DNA of 24,173 bases, from contig JBBSSV010000001.1 in NCBI GenBank assembly GCA_038241705.1, positions 1-24,173 on the forward strand, written 5' to 3'. This DNA comes from Burkholderiales bacterium (GTDB taxonomy: Bacteria; Pseudomonadota; Gammaproteobacteria; Burkholderiales; Burkholderiaceae_D). Every line of letters starts with the position of its first letter. Within the stretch, counting starts at the first letter, position 1. This document shows positions 22,865 to 24,173 of this stretch, piece after piece. The notes beneath the pieces were generated by a model, which had not been told where the DNA came from, did not search any database, and saw nothing but the letters and a program-made list of their open reading frames with translations. The position numbers and the translations under genes are program-made.

Positions 22865-23653
22865 ATGACGCGCATTCACCCAACCGCTTTGATCGACCCG
22901 GCGGCTGAACTCGATAGCACTGTGGAAGTGGGCGCATACACCGTCGTCGGTGCTGGTGTGCGCATTGGTGCGGGCACCAGCATCGGCCCACATGTTGTGC
23001 TGCAGGGACCGACCACAATTGGTTGCAACAACGTTTTTTACCAGTTTTCTTCAATAGGGGCTGCGCCGCAAGACAAAAAATATGCCGGCGAAGAAACTAC
23101 GTTGGAAATCGGTGACCGCAATACCATTCGTGAATTCTGTACCTTCAATCGGGGCACGATCCAGGACGTGGGCGCCACGCGCCTGGGCAACGACAACTGG
23201 ATCATGGCTTACGTACATCTGGCGCATGACTGCCAGATCGGCAACCACACCATTTTTGCCAACAACGCCCAACTGGCTGGGCATGTGGTCGTGGGCGACT
23301 GGGCGATTCTGGGCGGCTTTGCGAATGTGCATCAGTTCTGTCAGATCGGTGCACACGCCATGGTCGGCATGAGCACCAGCCTGACCCAGGACGTACCGCC
23401 TTTTGTGATTCTATCGGGCAACCCCGCCGTAGCCCATGGCATCAATACCGAGGGGCTGAAACGTCGTGGTTTCAGCCGCGAGCAGATTAACGATATCCGT
23501 CGCGCCTACAAGACCGTTTATAAATCCGGCCTGACGCTGGCTGAAGCCAAGGCCGAGTTGGTCAAGGACGAAGACCAACAGTCGCTGTCAGCTCCATATT
23601 TGCGCCTATTCCGGGAATTTCTGGATGGCGCCAGCCGTGGCATTGTCCGCTGA
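22865..23653 (+). CDS. lpxA: UDP-N-acetylglucosamine acyltransferase
   Basis: [49 protein letters not shown]. Confidence 0.98.
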   Translation: MTRIHPTALIDPAAELDSTVEVGAYTVVGAGVRIGAGTSIGPHVVLQGPTTIGCNNVFYQFSSIGAAPQDKKYAGEETTLEIGDRNTIREFCTFNRGTIQDVGATRLGNDNWIMAYVHLAHDCQIGNHTIFANNAQLAGHVVVGDWAILGGFANVHQFCQIGAHAMVGMSTSLTQDVPPFVILSGNPAVAHGINTEGLKRRGFSREQINDIRRAYKTVYKSGLTLAEAKAELVKDEDQQSLSAPYLRLFREFLDGASRGIVR

Positions 23654-24173
23654 AACTTCGATTGCCATGGTCGCTGGCGAAACCTCCGGCGACTTGCTGG
23701 CGGGCCGCTTGCTAGCAGGCTTGCGCCCACAGTTTCCCGAAGCACGCCTGCGTGGCATTGGCGGGCCAAAGATGGCCGAGCATGGCTTTGTCAATGACTG
23801 GCCGATGGAAAAGCTGGCGGTGCGTGGTTTGTTTGAGGTGCTGGCCCATTACCGCGAGTTAAAAGGCATTCAGCGCAGCTTGCGCGACCGCTTGCTGCAG
23901 GACCCGCCCGCTGTCTTCATCGGCGTGGATGCGCCCGACTTCAATTTCGACCTGGAGAGGCCGCTGAGGCAGGCCGGCATTCCCACGGTGCATTTCATCA
24001 GCCCCTCGATCTGGGCCTGGCGCCGAGGACGCATCAAGAAAATCGCCGAATCAGTGTCGCATATGCTGGTGGTCTTTCCCTTCGAAGAAGAAATTTACCG
24101 CGCCGCCGGGATTCCCGTGTCCTACGTAGGCTATCCCCTGGCAGAAGTGATTCCCATGGAGCCGGATGTCAGT
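23637..24173 (+). CDS. lpxB: Lipid-A-disaccharide synthase, 3'-truncated by window edge (absent from the ORF track because it has no stop in the window)
   Basis: Manual translation from GTG 23637 (TTG 23643 is an alternative): ...[15 protein letters not shown]...GIGGPKM...[11 protein letters not shown]...[11 protein letters not shown]...VFPFE...YVGYPLA. Overlaps the lpxA end by up to 17 nt. Confidence 0.96.
   Translation, partial: MALSAETSIAMVAGETSGDLLAGRLLAGLRPQFPEARLRGIGGPKMAEHGFVNDWPMEKLAVRGLFEVLAHYRELKGIQRSLRDRLLQDPPAVFIGVDAPDFNFDLERPLRQAGIPTVHFISPSIWAWRRGRIKKIAESVSHMLVVFPFEEEIYRAAGIPVSYVGYPLAEVIPMEPDVS

Overview
Housekeeping region from a GC-rich betaproteobacterium (protein sequences and gene order suggest Burkholderiales, possibly Oxalobacteraceae; this is inference). 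Order: 3' end of smc -> <- small unannotated ORF | AT-richer regulatory spacer | zipA-like -> ligA -> galU -> def -> <- RsuA-family pseudouridine synthase <- glnD <- map | rpsB -> tsf -> pyrH -> frr -> uppS -> cdsA -> dxr -> rseP -> bamA -> skp -> lpxD -> fabZ -> lpxA -> lpxB (runs off the window and is missing from the ORF track). I see no mobile elements, tRNA/rRNA, CRISPR arrays or frameshifted genes. The only accessory-looking part is the ~830 bp between smc and zipA. It holds a convergent ~69-aa ORF, an FNR-like box placed at class II spacing from a -10 that points at that ORF, and a hairpin-rich ~250 nt segment ahead of zipA. The tsf-pyrH spacer has an unusual set of nested and mutually exclusive inverted repeats. 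I found no clear-cut new multi-gene system; the findings are candidate small-gene and regulatory features identified by eye and need computational or experimental checks.
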